Of a DNA stretch of 64,000 bases, positions 50,169 through 62,980 are shown piece after piece. Numbering within the stretch: position 1 is the stretch's first letter; each line of letters starts with the position of its first letter. The stretch is from Catajapyx aquilonaris (lineage: Eukaryota), in NCBI GenBank assembly GCA_000934665.2, contig JYFJ02000843.1, positions 1-64,000 on the forward strand. The letters are read 5' to 3'. The translations under genes and the position numbers were made by a program. The notes beneath the pieces are model-generated. The model saw only the letters and a program-made list of their open reading frames with translations. It did no database searches and was not told the origin of the DNA.

Positions 50169-53100
50169 ATGGCCACCTCCGAGTTGGGCACAGCAAAGAC
50201 GGTCGTCGTCCTGGCCATCGTCGTGGGATGCTTCGCCGTCCTCTGGCCAAAGATCTTCTACCCCATGCTGCAGGCTTCCATCAACCCAGCCGGAGTGCAG
50301 GAAGACGTAGAAGGTATACTCCCTCTTTCTCTCTAACAATACCTCTATCATTAGCGAGTCAGTGATCTGCACTTTGCAAGAATATTGTGCAAAAATAGGA
50401 TTTTTGGCACTTTATCAAAATCCGTGCGACTATTCGGTAGTACAATGCACCACTTGCAAGGTGATGAAAATACCTGGAGGACTTTAAGCCTTTCCCACTG
50501 GATATATAGACTGCACTGCAGCATCGCTAACCTTATATCGAACCACCACAGCAGGAAGCGCACAATTTGTAACAACTCGAGAAGTTTATTGGAAATTATT
50601 GCAATTTGAAACAGGCAACGTGCTGTTGTGCTCATGACCTCAGCAAAAAAAAAACAAAAGTGCATAACGATCAACCACCCCAAAGTGCGTATCGATCTTT
50701 AAAGTACTTGATCTGCAGTGTACCTCGTAATTAAACTGGCGTCAATACCTTCTCCGGAAGTACGCCACTATGCTGAATCTTGCAGCGTCGTGGCCACTAA
50801 CTGCATTTACCTTATTCATATGTACAATGCACACAATGTAGCTTCACAATGTGGCCTGAATTTCTGCAAAATTAAACCCCAAACCGGAACTGACATATGG
50901 AAGTGGTTGGTCAACAATAAACCGTGTGTTAGTGGTCCAGCAATTACTTTTCAAAACGTGTACTAAATTTATGAACCGTCCGGAGGTTATTGGACTGTAT
51001 TGTCGAACGGAATCGATTTACAATCAGAGGTTCTCAATAACCCCGCGAGCTGTGTCAGGTATCGTGTCCTTCGGATCGATTTTGTGCTAAATTTCACCGC
51101 AGATTGTATCACGAATCATGACAAGCTCACATCAGATATGAAATCACAGGCCAAAAAATTGGGCGAAAACATTACTTTCCTTTCAGTTTCAACAGTGATG
51201 GTGAAATTAACACTTACTGTTAATTTCAGATTTATATTAATTTATTGTAGAAAAGTCCTCGTTTCGCTGGCTTTTTTTCTAGGACTGCGGTCTGCGGTGG
51301 AGGCCATTATTAATCGCTTCGAACTTGGCCATATTTTATTATTTATAAGTTATTCTTTGTTTGAAGATGAAAGAGTGATTTTCTTAAAAAATATAGTGGA
51401 AGGAATTTCGGAAGTGTTTGGGTCCCTTAGACACACGCGGCATCGCACCCTGTAAGCACCTATTGGCAAATTGCAGAGTGCTGCGAGGTGCTATTCTCAA
51501 AGGATGTGGAGGCGATGGGTGTGGTCAAAGGAGTGTGTGAAGAGGCACTTCGTCGACACGAAGAGCTGCAGTCAGGCACAGGGTTGAAACCTCAGCAGCT
51601 TATGACCATAGCCCAGAAGGTGGTCCGGGTCTGCAAGGAAGACGTGCTCTCCACATGCGGAGTGGACATCACCGTCCTTATGGTTGGAAGCCTCCATTCG
51701 ACCGTACCAATATCCAAGAGATACATCGAGACCCTGCATGAGATACGATCCGACTTCAACGCCACAGCATGTCTCAGAAAACACTTTGGACTCGATCCCT
51801 CTCTGATCGGAGGACCCAGACGGATGAGGACCCGAGTCGAAACACCGCGTAAGGACAAAACATCCCCCAAGAAGACTAACCAACCGACTAACCGCTCGTT
51901 AATAACATACTGTTGCAGCCGATTAACCAGAGTTTAAGTACAAGATGAGCCAGAAATTTATTATTCGCACCGTTTCATTGCAGATCATATGAGACCAGAA
52001 CGACCGCCGCATTTGCGTCCGGATATTATGCATCCGGCGCTTCGAGAAAAGGGGCGTGCAATACCACAAAGGACATTGGACAAGGAGGCCAAGGTATGTG
52101 CAATTACCGGTCATTAATCCTAATTATGACGCAAAAAATAGTGAGGAGTTGAAAAAAAATGTAACTTTTACATGGGGTCGAATTTTCAGCCCAACTAACA
52201 GTGGGATGAAAATTCGACCCACATGCTGATTAGTTCAAAAAAAAAATGCAAATTCCGGACGTCAAACTACTGTTGTGAAATTGAAAAATGGGCATCCCTA
52301 ATATTACGGGTGTCCGAGTTTGAATAATCCGTAGCTGTCACCGGAGTCCAGATCGATGTGGAAATAACTCGAAACGTGTCGCGTGTGGTCATTATGATGG
52401 ATATGCTTTCATGTGACAGTCATGGTTATTTTATTTTTTTTTCGTGGACGGTTTTTCAGGTCTTGTGAATTTGAAAAAGGGTTTAACGCCCTTGGAGCAA
52501 GGTTGAAAATTCGGACTTTTTAGCGAATTTTCTATGCGCGGAATCCGCGAATATAGTTCTAATTCCCAATGCTACACGAATAAATTATGGAAAACCATCT
52601 AGTCGCGGCACCTTTCATGCATCTTTTAATATCAGTGTGATAATTTTTGGAGTCCGGCTGGAGACAATATGCTCTAGGCGGAATTACGCCGCAATGAATT
52701 TAATGAACAGCAGCCATGCAGAATAAGTGAAGGTTTATTCATGCATGAATCTGGAGAGAAACTGTAACTTCAACATCTATCAAGTTTGAATGAAGGAATC
52801 AGCCAGTCACCTGTCCACTACTGTATACTTTAAAATTGTAATCAGATATTTAACTACCATGAAACTACATGACAGTAATAATAGGATCTGGTTATATACG
52901 TTTTAACCTCATTACGTTCGATACCATTAGTGCCGAGAGCTTACTAATGGGAAGTTGGATATAACCACTGCAAACATACTAAAATGTACATTTCTCATCA
53001 AAGAGGAAAACGCCAATTAGTTTCACAGCACTGCTGTAGGATAATTTCTCATTTGCGCACGGTATAAAATATTCTCAGTGCTTTGCATATAAATAGTCCT

Positions 53101-56100
53101 GCAGAACACAATGTTTCAGGAATTGTCTTGAGAAATAATTTCATGCATCGTAAAGCAGCGGCATTGCTCAATTTTTTTAAAATAAGAAAGTGGCCATGAA
53201 TATTATGACAGGTATATAATGTTTTATTCCCGATCGAGTAATGATGTGATGAGTCAGGGTGGAAGTCTGGTGCTCCTGGCAAGTTATTCTGGAGTTTTGT
53301 AGCGCTGCTGCAGTTGCTGGCAACACTCAGCAAAATCTAATCTTAGAAGCGCATATTTTTCTTGGGGCATTAGGCCAGTGGAAAGGGGGAAAGAGGATAG
53401 AGAGAGAGAGAGAAAAAAAAGAATCTGAGCCCACAATAATTTTTTAGTCAGCTGCTACCTATGCCAGTTATGACCCTTTGATATTGATGATCCAAACCTG
53501 GATGTATACTAACTTTCTGATAATTAAAAGTTTGTGAAGTATTGAATGAAAAAAGGTTCGTCACTAGTTTGACAGGTTCAGGTTTTAAAAATGCAAAAGT
53601 TCACATTTTGCACGCACAAAGTCCTATGTTTTTTTTTTATTTACAGGCGATATTAATGGTCGTGGCCCGAAAGTGTTCTAGTTATTGGACTAGTGCCTGT
53701 GTGAATCAGCATTTTACTTGAAAGTTGGCCTGGTTTTAATTGCATAATACAGTTCCTTTGTAATAATCATGCCAATGAAGTAATATGGTAATAATATCGA
53801 AGGTGATGTTAGTTTCCGTTTTCTCAGAAAGTGCATATACCGAAATGAATAATATCGTGACACGCTTTATTGTAACCTACATGACTCCCATAACAAGAGA
53901 GCTGATATTTTCTGTTGTGTTTGTTCTGCTCCTGTTGTTTGCTCCTTTTATATCCAAGTACTGTATAGCTAGGACGTCGCGGAGGTGAAGTGAGGTCGAT
54001 AAACCGCGCAGTCCAAAGGCAAAAACCGACTAACTTTAGCAAAAACTTAGCTCGAGAAAAGAGCTACATCCTGAGGCTTATGAATAAACAACATAGTACA
54101 CTGATGTAAAATGTATGATGTAGATGTTGCCTAATAAATAGGATAATGCTGTACATTTTAGTGCGACACTCACAGATTCGCATGAAATTGTTGCGAATTT
54201 ATTTAGTACTAAAATTCTTTAAAACGAGCACCTTCATAACAAATTATATTTATGACGACAAGAATTGTTGAAAATAAACGCTGTCAATCGACAAGAAGCT
54301 ACTGACGTGTGTCATGATGCAAGCTCGTAAGCTAAATATTTTTTTTTAGCGAGTAACGTCAGAGGGCTAATATTAGACATTGAAGTTTATTTTTGAATCA
54401 ATTTAAAATATGCTGAAAGACACTCGAGCCATCTTGCAGCTCTCATGCGCATCGCTTTTCTGTACTTCAATAAAGATAAACCAAATCAAAATTGCAATCT
54501 GCGATGTATACAACGGATGACGAAATCTCGTTTGAAATTTTGATGAACTCTGTACTGTACAGCACTATTTCCTTTACTGTAAAGTTATGTGAGTACCTCA
54601 GCAGAAATTTATTGCTCTTCCAGTGATATGCTTTTACGAGTTGAAAGATAAGCACTCGAGTAAATCATTCAGCAAGTCCAGGAAACATCCGAAGAGCTCG
54701 GGTAATGGACAGTGAGAGAGTCCTTTGAAGATTCCAAAGGAACCCTTCTATTAGTTTAGTAAAAAAGAAAGAAAATGATGATTTCGGTTGGCGTGTGAAG
54801 TCTGCAAAATGCCAGTGGGGGCCGGTTACCAGTTCGTATTGATTGAAGGCCCTAAGCTTAAACCTTGGCAACATCGCCCACGCACACCAACCAAACTATA
54901 AAATGTAAAGGAAACATCTTCACCCAGAATAAACCCTTTTCTTCACACATGTTTAGTCACATTCAGGCCAACGGAGCTTATTCTAAGAGTTTTGCTGAAT
55001 TTAAAAGGAGGCCAGTGGGTCAAGTATGTAAATTACTGGAAGGTCACACGTCGTCTTATGTGCTCGCAAATGGTCCAATAATCCCTTAGCTGAATGTGTA
55101 AAATTTTCTAATTTCAGCCCGGTCCAATGCCTGGAATGCGGCCGCCTATAGGAGGCCCAGGACACGTGGTTCCAGCTCCAAAAGGAAGTGGAACAATGGG
55201 AATTGTTATGCCCCTGTACACCGTTGGAATTGTCATTTTCTTTGTCTACACCATTATGAAGGTGAGGATCAAGTCAGTAAGGAAGATCCCGGTTGAGACT
55301 AATTACGTCACTAATAATGAGCTAGAAATCACCAGTGAAACTGCTCCCTGAACGTTCCTCACATTCTTTTTTTTAGAGATGAACTTTGCATTCGTTTTAA
55401 CTTATAAATGGATAAAAAGTTCGCCCTGCAAAGACTGGGTCTTATTAGTAAACCCTTCCAGAGACTGCATTTTTTTTTGCAAACTGAAACTGTTTTTATC
55501 ATAATATTATTTTTGAGGTACCTTGAAACTTCCAGAAAATATATTCTTTTTTTTTCTTTGTCTCTTTTATGTGAATGTCGGATGTGAGTAATTAGCATGT
55601 CAATATTGTCTCTTATGGACATAATTCCATAAACTGTTGCATTCACCTGATTGTGCTGGCATTCACATTGTGGCTGTCGTAAACAAAAATGAACAAATGG
55701 GAAAATTCGTAATTATTTATTGTTGAGACACCACACACACAATCCACTGGCAAGACTAGTGGTCTTTTGAAATCATATTTTTTCCTAATAACGCATGACC
55801 TATCTTGCACTGCAGAGTCAGTGAGATAACAGCACATAATAATTTAACAGTAGCTTGGTTGAGGCGCTAACTTTACTACGTCCACCAACTAGAGTTTGAA
55901 CATCCGAATTAACCACTTGATACAATTAAACACTAACGAAGTCATACTGTTTGTGAGTCCAGTGATTGTATTGTACAGTATGTGTTACCTTCTACACAAT
56001 CCATGTAGACATTTTCTGGAAGAATCAAGGGAAATAAAATGCAAGCCTCTGGAAGCTGTTGAAAATCAATTATTGAAAGATGAGCTTTCAGTCATGCAAA

Positions 56101-59100
56101 AGCAAGAGGATCAAAAACCCTAACTTAATTAACTCTCGATTGAGCACGAATTAGCCAAGTAGAAAACTTTCGTATTCAATAAACACGACTAAAGTTTTTC
56201 GGCAGAATAAATGAACAGTTTGAATGAAGAAAAAGAATTTAATTGAACATTGGAGGAAATGAAAATGAAGGTAGTTTTATATCAATCCAGTTTGCATGGT
56301 TGAAGGTTCAAATGCATTCTCGAGTGGCTTTTGAGTTCAACCCTCCTGTAAATATCCCTTCGCCAACAAACGTGGATCATCAGGCCCATCTTTGATATCC
56401 TAGGTTCTATTCAAGAAGCAAGATGACCCCAAGGACAGAGACTTCCCCTTGGACTCCGAGCAACGCAAGTACACTTACACGGAAGACTACCACGAAGGTG
56501 AATATGCATACAGAGATTACGTGACAAGGAAGGACCGACCTACAACTACTAAGCGAAGTAAAACCACTTGCGAAAATGGTCAGAGTAAGATAGGTAACTA
56601 TATGAAGCTGCCTGTATTTTTGGCAGGTTGACAACATTAGGTGTCCTTCCTTCTTTCCTTACTGCTATGTCCACTTTCGTTACGTTAGATTGATCACGGA
56701 CCATGCCCAAGTGCATGTTACTTGGCTTGTTCTCTTTTGATGTACGTTACACGACTGCCATTATATATTTTTTTGCATTGGTGTGTAGAACAAAAAAGAG
56801 GTGATATTCATTCCAACCATGAGGCAAAGAACGGGATTGATGTCGAGGTGCCTAGGAAACCCACTGATACACTTGGGAGGCCACTGGGTGAGTCTTAAGT
56901 TATATTTTATCCCAGGAAGAGGATTGTAAAATTACATCAACTTAATCGAATTAGTCAGACATTTTTGAGGGTAAGAGTTATCAAAAGCACAATCATCAAG
57001 TAAATGCTGGTTACCACTGCAGTCATCATTCAGTGGGATAGTTCATTGCAGCCTGCAGTGACGTACACTATAATTATTCTGAATTACAATCACTTGACAT
57101 TAAGCTATTGTATATCCACTGACACATATAGTCGTGGGTTACTGTGAAACTTGAAACACTATGCTTAAAATATGGGATTGGAGTATGTTTTTTAATACTG
57201 ATGCTATAGTGATGCAGTATTATCATAAGAAGCATGAATACTCAGCATTGGTGAATGCTCTCCTTAGTAATTACGAATGTGTTATTTTAAAGGTTATGCT
57301 AGTAGCATTATTGATGGTAGTAATATTTGTGGACCTGTATTATAAGGGTAGTTGTAGTGTAGAACGTATACTGCTCATGTTGTAACATACTTCCTGCAAC
57401 CACATTTTAAAATTCAGTGACATTTGGCACCAATAAGAGCTCACGTTCAAAAGTAATACTTACAGACACCAAAAGAAATAAGTGTGAACAAATATTTCAA
57501 CAGGTCATGCAACTATTGTGCAGCAAGTCATATCAGGACATGCTTGCTAATATTGTTACAATAGCCTGCTTTGATTAGTAATTTATGAACAATAATATAA
57601 GTTTGCACACAGAAAAATATTTTCATGTGCAGTATTTGAACAAATTATTATTGGTTTTACTAACAAGTAAGTATTTGAATTTAATGTCAGAATACGTGAG
57701 GGTGCAAGCTGTAATTACTGTTGCTGAATTTCAAAAGACCTAAGCCCAGTGTTGCTTGGAATGTTTTGGGCGATTTGAATGAGCATGTCATTTTCAAATG
57801 CCTGTTTGTACAGGAGATATTACTCTGCCTGCTGATGAATGTTTGAGTCTGGAAGCACTTGAATGGGAAACGGAAGAGGATGATTTGTCTCCTTCGGACG
57901 ACTATGTGCCTCCCCTCGGAATGCCTCAAGAAAGAGACCTCCTTAATTGTGGTAGACAAAAATTAGTGGGCTTTTTCTCCCAGATTTAATGCTCAGTGAC
58001 ATCTTTAACTGCACGCACAAATACATTATTAATGGATGCTTGTCTTACTTTATTGTGCTGCCACAGGAAAGAAAGAGAGAGACGCAAGTAAGTAGGCGCA
58101 CGGCAGTTGCATATAAAAGCTGAATGTTTGGTAGCTTTTGCTGAGGTACAGTTTCACATTTACGACTGTGAGGTGCTATTTTCCAAAACCATGTTATCCT
58201 ATTTGAGAAAATGCAAGTTCAATTGAATGGGTGAACAGCAAACAATACATTTTTATCCATATTATTGGGGAAAATGATTGCCATATAATGATTATGATAA
58301 TTTACTGAAACAAATTCTTAGTCAAATTTTAGAAAAAAGAAGTGGAATTCCTATGCACTGTTGAGCAGTTTCCATATCTTTCTCTGTAATCACGCACTAA
58401 AGTGTTCAAAGGCAACAGATAGGCTGTTTTTATTGCTGTCCATCACTTTATTTTTGTCAACTGAATGTGTATGACCATATAAATCAACATTTTGCCTAAC
58501 GAATTGCTATGCTTTTGGAAAATAATTCTTCACAAGTGTCACCGGACATTGCTAATTTCTGCACAATATCTATTGGAAGAAAACATGTTTTCACACTTGA
58601 ACCGGCCACAACACTCCACAAAATACAACCAAGAAAGAGTGGCTCTGATATATATACAGCTCCAAAATTTGACATATTCTGTCTTCCAGGAGATATTGAG
58701 ATAGACCAATTGCGTCGAAGGTTGGAGGAAACCGAAGCTACAATGGAGCGAATAGTAGCCCAGATGGGTTCGGTTTCCGATGGCCTGTCCCCTTCTCTTG
58801 TGGCTGAGATGCTGCAGGAGGCACACGAGGCCACAGGGGTCAATGTTGATAAGGTCAGGGGATGATGATGGCCTTTTGCCTCGTCATGACTGTTTCTTTT
58901 TATATTTATATTTTTTGCTCCTCAACAATATATCGACACTGCATGGTGCATTTTGTCACATGCACTCTGTTTCATTTTACTCGTAAACGAATCTCAGACA
59001 GACGTCTGTCCCCTGGCATTACGAGGATATGATCGCATGGATTCCTTGTCTACAGGTTTCCCACTGGCAACTTATGACTGCAACATTTTCAAAAATTAAC

Positions 59101-62100
59101 TAACTTAACCACAAAATAACACAACATTACTGCACAATCGTTATACTGACAATGTGCAGCAGCACTGCTGGAAAAAAAGTTCATAATGACGTAACCATGC
59201 ATATTTTAGCAAGTATATTTGGTTAAGGTAAACTGTATGGTATATTAGATTCTAAACTTTGACGAGTAAATATTTAGGCTGGCCAACTTGTGATTAACAT
59301 TCTGAACGTACAATGGGAAGCTTGTGAGAAAATTTTACATTATCCACTATTTTATTAGTCACGGATTAGCTTAGCTGAAGGAAATCTGTTTGTATGTAGC
59401 CTAATTTCTGCCTGTCTCCTATCTTGGTTGTAGTTGTTGCCGCTGTCAAGGGATTGATTCAAGCCGTGGATCAAGAAAGAGACAGGATAAGTGAAGAGCA
59501 GCTCTCGAAAGACTCCGAAAAAGAGGTACTCTGTTCCACACACTTTAGTGCGGCAGAGCTCTTTAGTCCCAAACTAATGCGCTCCTTTCACTTATCTCGT
59601 CTGACTCTGTGGTCGTTACTTTTTATTTCCTTCTACCAACTCATTTATTATCATTTCTGTTTAGAGCCTATAAAGCCAACAAAAGCAATAATATATTATT
59701 TGCTTGCCAACGCTGCATGACTTGATCTAACCTTTCATTTTGAGTGTGAATTTTATTTCAAGATAATATTGAAATTAGATGAAGAACCATACGATCGGTA
59801 TCTTATATTGAGTGCATGGCATTTATTTGCGTGAGTTCACACCTTGCATGGCATATTTCTTTATGGAAAGATACCAAATGAGCTTGCTTTTGGCGCAAAA
59901 TAATAGTAGTGTTCAGTAGTAGTCATACTGAAAAGAATAGCCATAAAATCAATTTACATAAACCATATATCTTGTCATGACAAATCCTCATGTTTTAATG
60001 ACAATGTTTAAAATCAATGATATTAATAATGTCACTTGAAGGAATTTGGTCAGAGTGTAGATGTCCCGAAAAGTGGGACTTGCACAAATGTGATTCACAT
60101 GAAAAAATAATATTTCCTGTTAATTTTGGTATGGCACCATTAATGACCAAGGGCTGAATGAATGATCGATGATAAACCCTGAACATGTTATTGACCCCAT
60201 GCTGGTTTAATAACTTATTTTGGATTTCCTATCAATCGCACAACTGGCCATAAAAAGAGCAAAAAACTGAACCGCTAATTGCCTAATGAGACTGGAGCAT
60301 ACTTGCTTGCGCTAATATATCACCATCTCTGTCCAACATGGAATGCTAACATGAATCCAATATTCCCGGACAGGACTCTCCGAAGAAAGACCATGCTGAC
60401 CACGTGTCATCAACCAGGTCGTCCAAGCTGCGTCTCAGCACAGAAGAAGAGGTAGGTGACACATCTGACACTTCAGAGCTTCACACAGCTCACGACGAGC
60501 TGCGGAAGATGGGGGGTAGCGCAGAGTGGGTTGATGACCTCGAAGATGAAGAGGTCATAGATCTCCCTGCAGAGGACAAGCCAGGTGTGTCTGTGGTCGG
60601 ATTTGAGATGTCGGCCAAACTGGATGGAGGCCGCAGGTGGACTCCTTCACCGCCCACAAGTCCTACCCCACCACCAGTACTGATACGACCTCACACACCT
60701 TCGATAACCAGAGAGAGTCCGGTCCAGTCCATCATACTGGAAGGAGCTCTTCCGACATCCACCAGGCTGCTTGTGTCTGACACCTATTCGACTGAAGAGC
60801 TGTCCGGAGACCAGCTGGACGAGTCAGAGTATGATTCGGCCCCAGTGGTGCTGAGTGGAAAGGTCACCCTCTCTGTACTGGGCATGGAGTTGGTTGCCAG
60901 CTGCAGCTGCTGCGATGACCTCACTACCGCCTCTTCCTTATACAGTGCCGCTGAGGACTCTCCCAAGGGGAACTCGGCTCGCTCACAGTTGAGAATGTTC
61001 GCCAAGAGGGGGGATCATGTAAGCCTCCTCAGAGGACACACAAAGGACGCTACACGCATCTAGTTGTTGAGCAGTATGAGCCTACTAATGGAATGACGAG
61101 ACTCATCTACGCATGGAATGATATGAGTTTATCTGCAGAATGCCATACATACTGTATACAGAATGGTGGGACCTGCTGTACTACAGGATGACCCTAATTA
61201 CACACTGCCTGCCAATAAGATTTTGGCCATAATATGTATTCTGAAGCTATGGAACCACCAGCACTTTGAAAAAAGTACCAATGGTTGTGTAGCCCTTCAG
61301 GATGCATTTGGCTGAATCATTCACATAACACACACAATGCAAACGAGTGAGGTTTTGGGCATTTGCATGGCATTCTCACATGTGCATCTGTTTCCAAGGG
61401 TTTGTTTCATCATTTGAATGCTGTACACACTGTGTTGTAACAAGTAATAGAAGGAGAAAGATCTCCACATGGAATACTTATAAATGAGAAAATTACTATA
61501 TCTGCAATGCTAAGAATAGGGAATCAGTCTTCCTCTGAAGCCAATGGACTAATCACGTATGGTACCATCCAGATAATTTCACTTTCCAAAGCAATCAATT
61601 TTTTGGAGATAACACTTTCAACCCTTTCAACTGCTTTGCAGGACAGACATGAGAGGATCAAGTTTAACTGTGTAGAGGAAACATCAGGCCAAGACCATAA
61701 TGATGCCACAGCACAAGGACTAACCATGTTCAAATGCCACAGACGCATTAACATTGTGCCAATGCACACTAATCAGCATGTTTAATATGGCCATAATGTA
61801 AAAGAATGTCTCATGAGCCTGACACATGAAGCTAGGTTACGTTATGTTATCTGAACATTGCATTATGCTGACCGCTCCAATATCGTTGTTACAGGGAACT
61901 AGAGAAGCAGCACTGCCGAAAGAAAGCAGCAAGGCATCCAGTCCCGACATGGAAGAATATGAAGTGATAGGTCAAGGTCAGCATCATACTGCTAACGAAT
62001 ATCCAACCACTCTCTTATGAACGGTTCCAATTATTACTACACTCATTTTCAGGCACTCCACAAGAGGCAGGCTCACCAATCAGTGTGAAATCAGATTCCT

Positions 62101-62980
62101 TTGAGCACATGAATGGAGCAGGGGATGAAGTATCTGAAAAGACTCAATACATTACAGGTACTGGTAACAGTTTATCCCACTGCTCAAGTCTGTCGACAAA
62201 TGGGAGGCAAATTGTTCAGTCCGGAAGCCAGTATTGGATGTATTGTTGATTGTTGCTTAGCTGATTCTGGAGTGAGGGGCCTCCCTCATATTGGACTCGA
62301 GACTTGAGCAGTTCACGACCATTAAAAAACGGAATTATTAACACCATGTTGTTTCTGCCTATTTAGCAACTGCAGCCATACCCGATGAAGGAACCACTGG
62401 TGCTGCCACAGGCAACCTAACTGGTACAGAAGAAACTGCAGCAGATGTGTCAGCCATGGATGCCCTGGGTGATATTGATGACCAACAGGATGACCATTCA
62501 CGGGTAAGAAATGTCGGGAGTTTCTTCGGATCGTCGACGCTGCTGGCAGTGTCCCACATAGTGCTATTGTGGAGTTGAATTATTTTATTAACTACTAATG
62601 TTATTTTAAGTTTGTTACAATACTAACATAACTTCCTCGCCATCCTAAGCGCCGATAATCCAGGAGAAACTTCCTTTAACAACGCATGGAGTGCACAGTG
62701 TGTCATGTTGATAAAAGCCTTCGGCTGACAATACATCTTGTAGGCTGCAGAGGAGCTCCCCGCCGACTCCAGCTCTGAAGTGCGACAGAGAATGGGTGCC
62801 AGCGACGAAGAAGAAGAAGAGGCGGAGGAGGAAGAAGCAGCAGCAAGAGGGCAGCAACCCACAGCACAGCCCGGCATGAGCACCAGCTCTTCCCTGGAGA
62901 GTGCAAATTTCGAATTAATTCCTGGTGCGCCTGTTTGCTCCTCCGACTCGCTAATGAGGGAAGAGAAGGAGGAGGAGTGA
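50169..62980 (+). CDS. RIC3: RIC-3, ER chaperone of nicotinic acetylcholine receptors; alternatively spliced, about 15 candidate coding exons
   Basis: Exons: 50169-50313 (TM1 VVVLAIVVGCFAVLWPKIFYPML); 51477-51848 (Cys-rich CCEVLFSKDV); 51984-52093 (ERPPHLRPDIMHPALREKGRAIP); 55118-55261 (PGPMPGMRPPIGG, TM2 MGIVMPLYTVGIVIFFVYTIMK); 56404-56593; 56789-56887; 57814-57951; 58067-58087; 58690-58853 (coiled coil IDQLRRRLEETEATMERIVAQM); 59434-59525; 60374-61018 (VVGFEMSAKLDGGRRW, QSIILEGALP, PVVLSGKVTLSVL); 61895-61976; 62053-62157; 62367-62503; 62744-62980 (acidic tail). The TM and coiled-coil motifs are diagnostic. Cassette and 3' exons are less certain. AATAAA at 63132 and 63691. Confidence 0.92.

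Noticed and set aside
46990..62980. UBL4A next to RIC-3 as a functional ER membrane-protein biogenesis cluster
   Set aside because: Adjacency in an animal genome is weak evidence, and no shared regulation or conserved synteny can be shown from this window.
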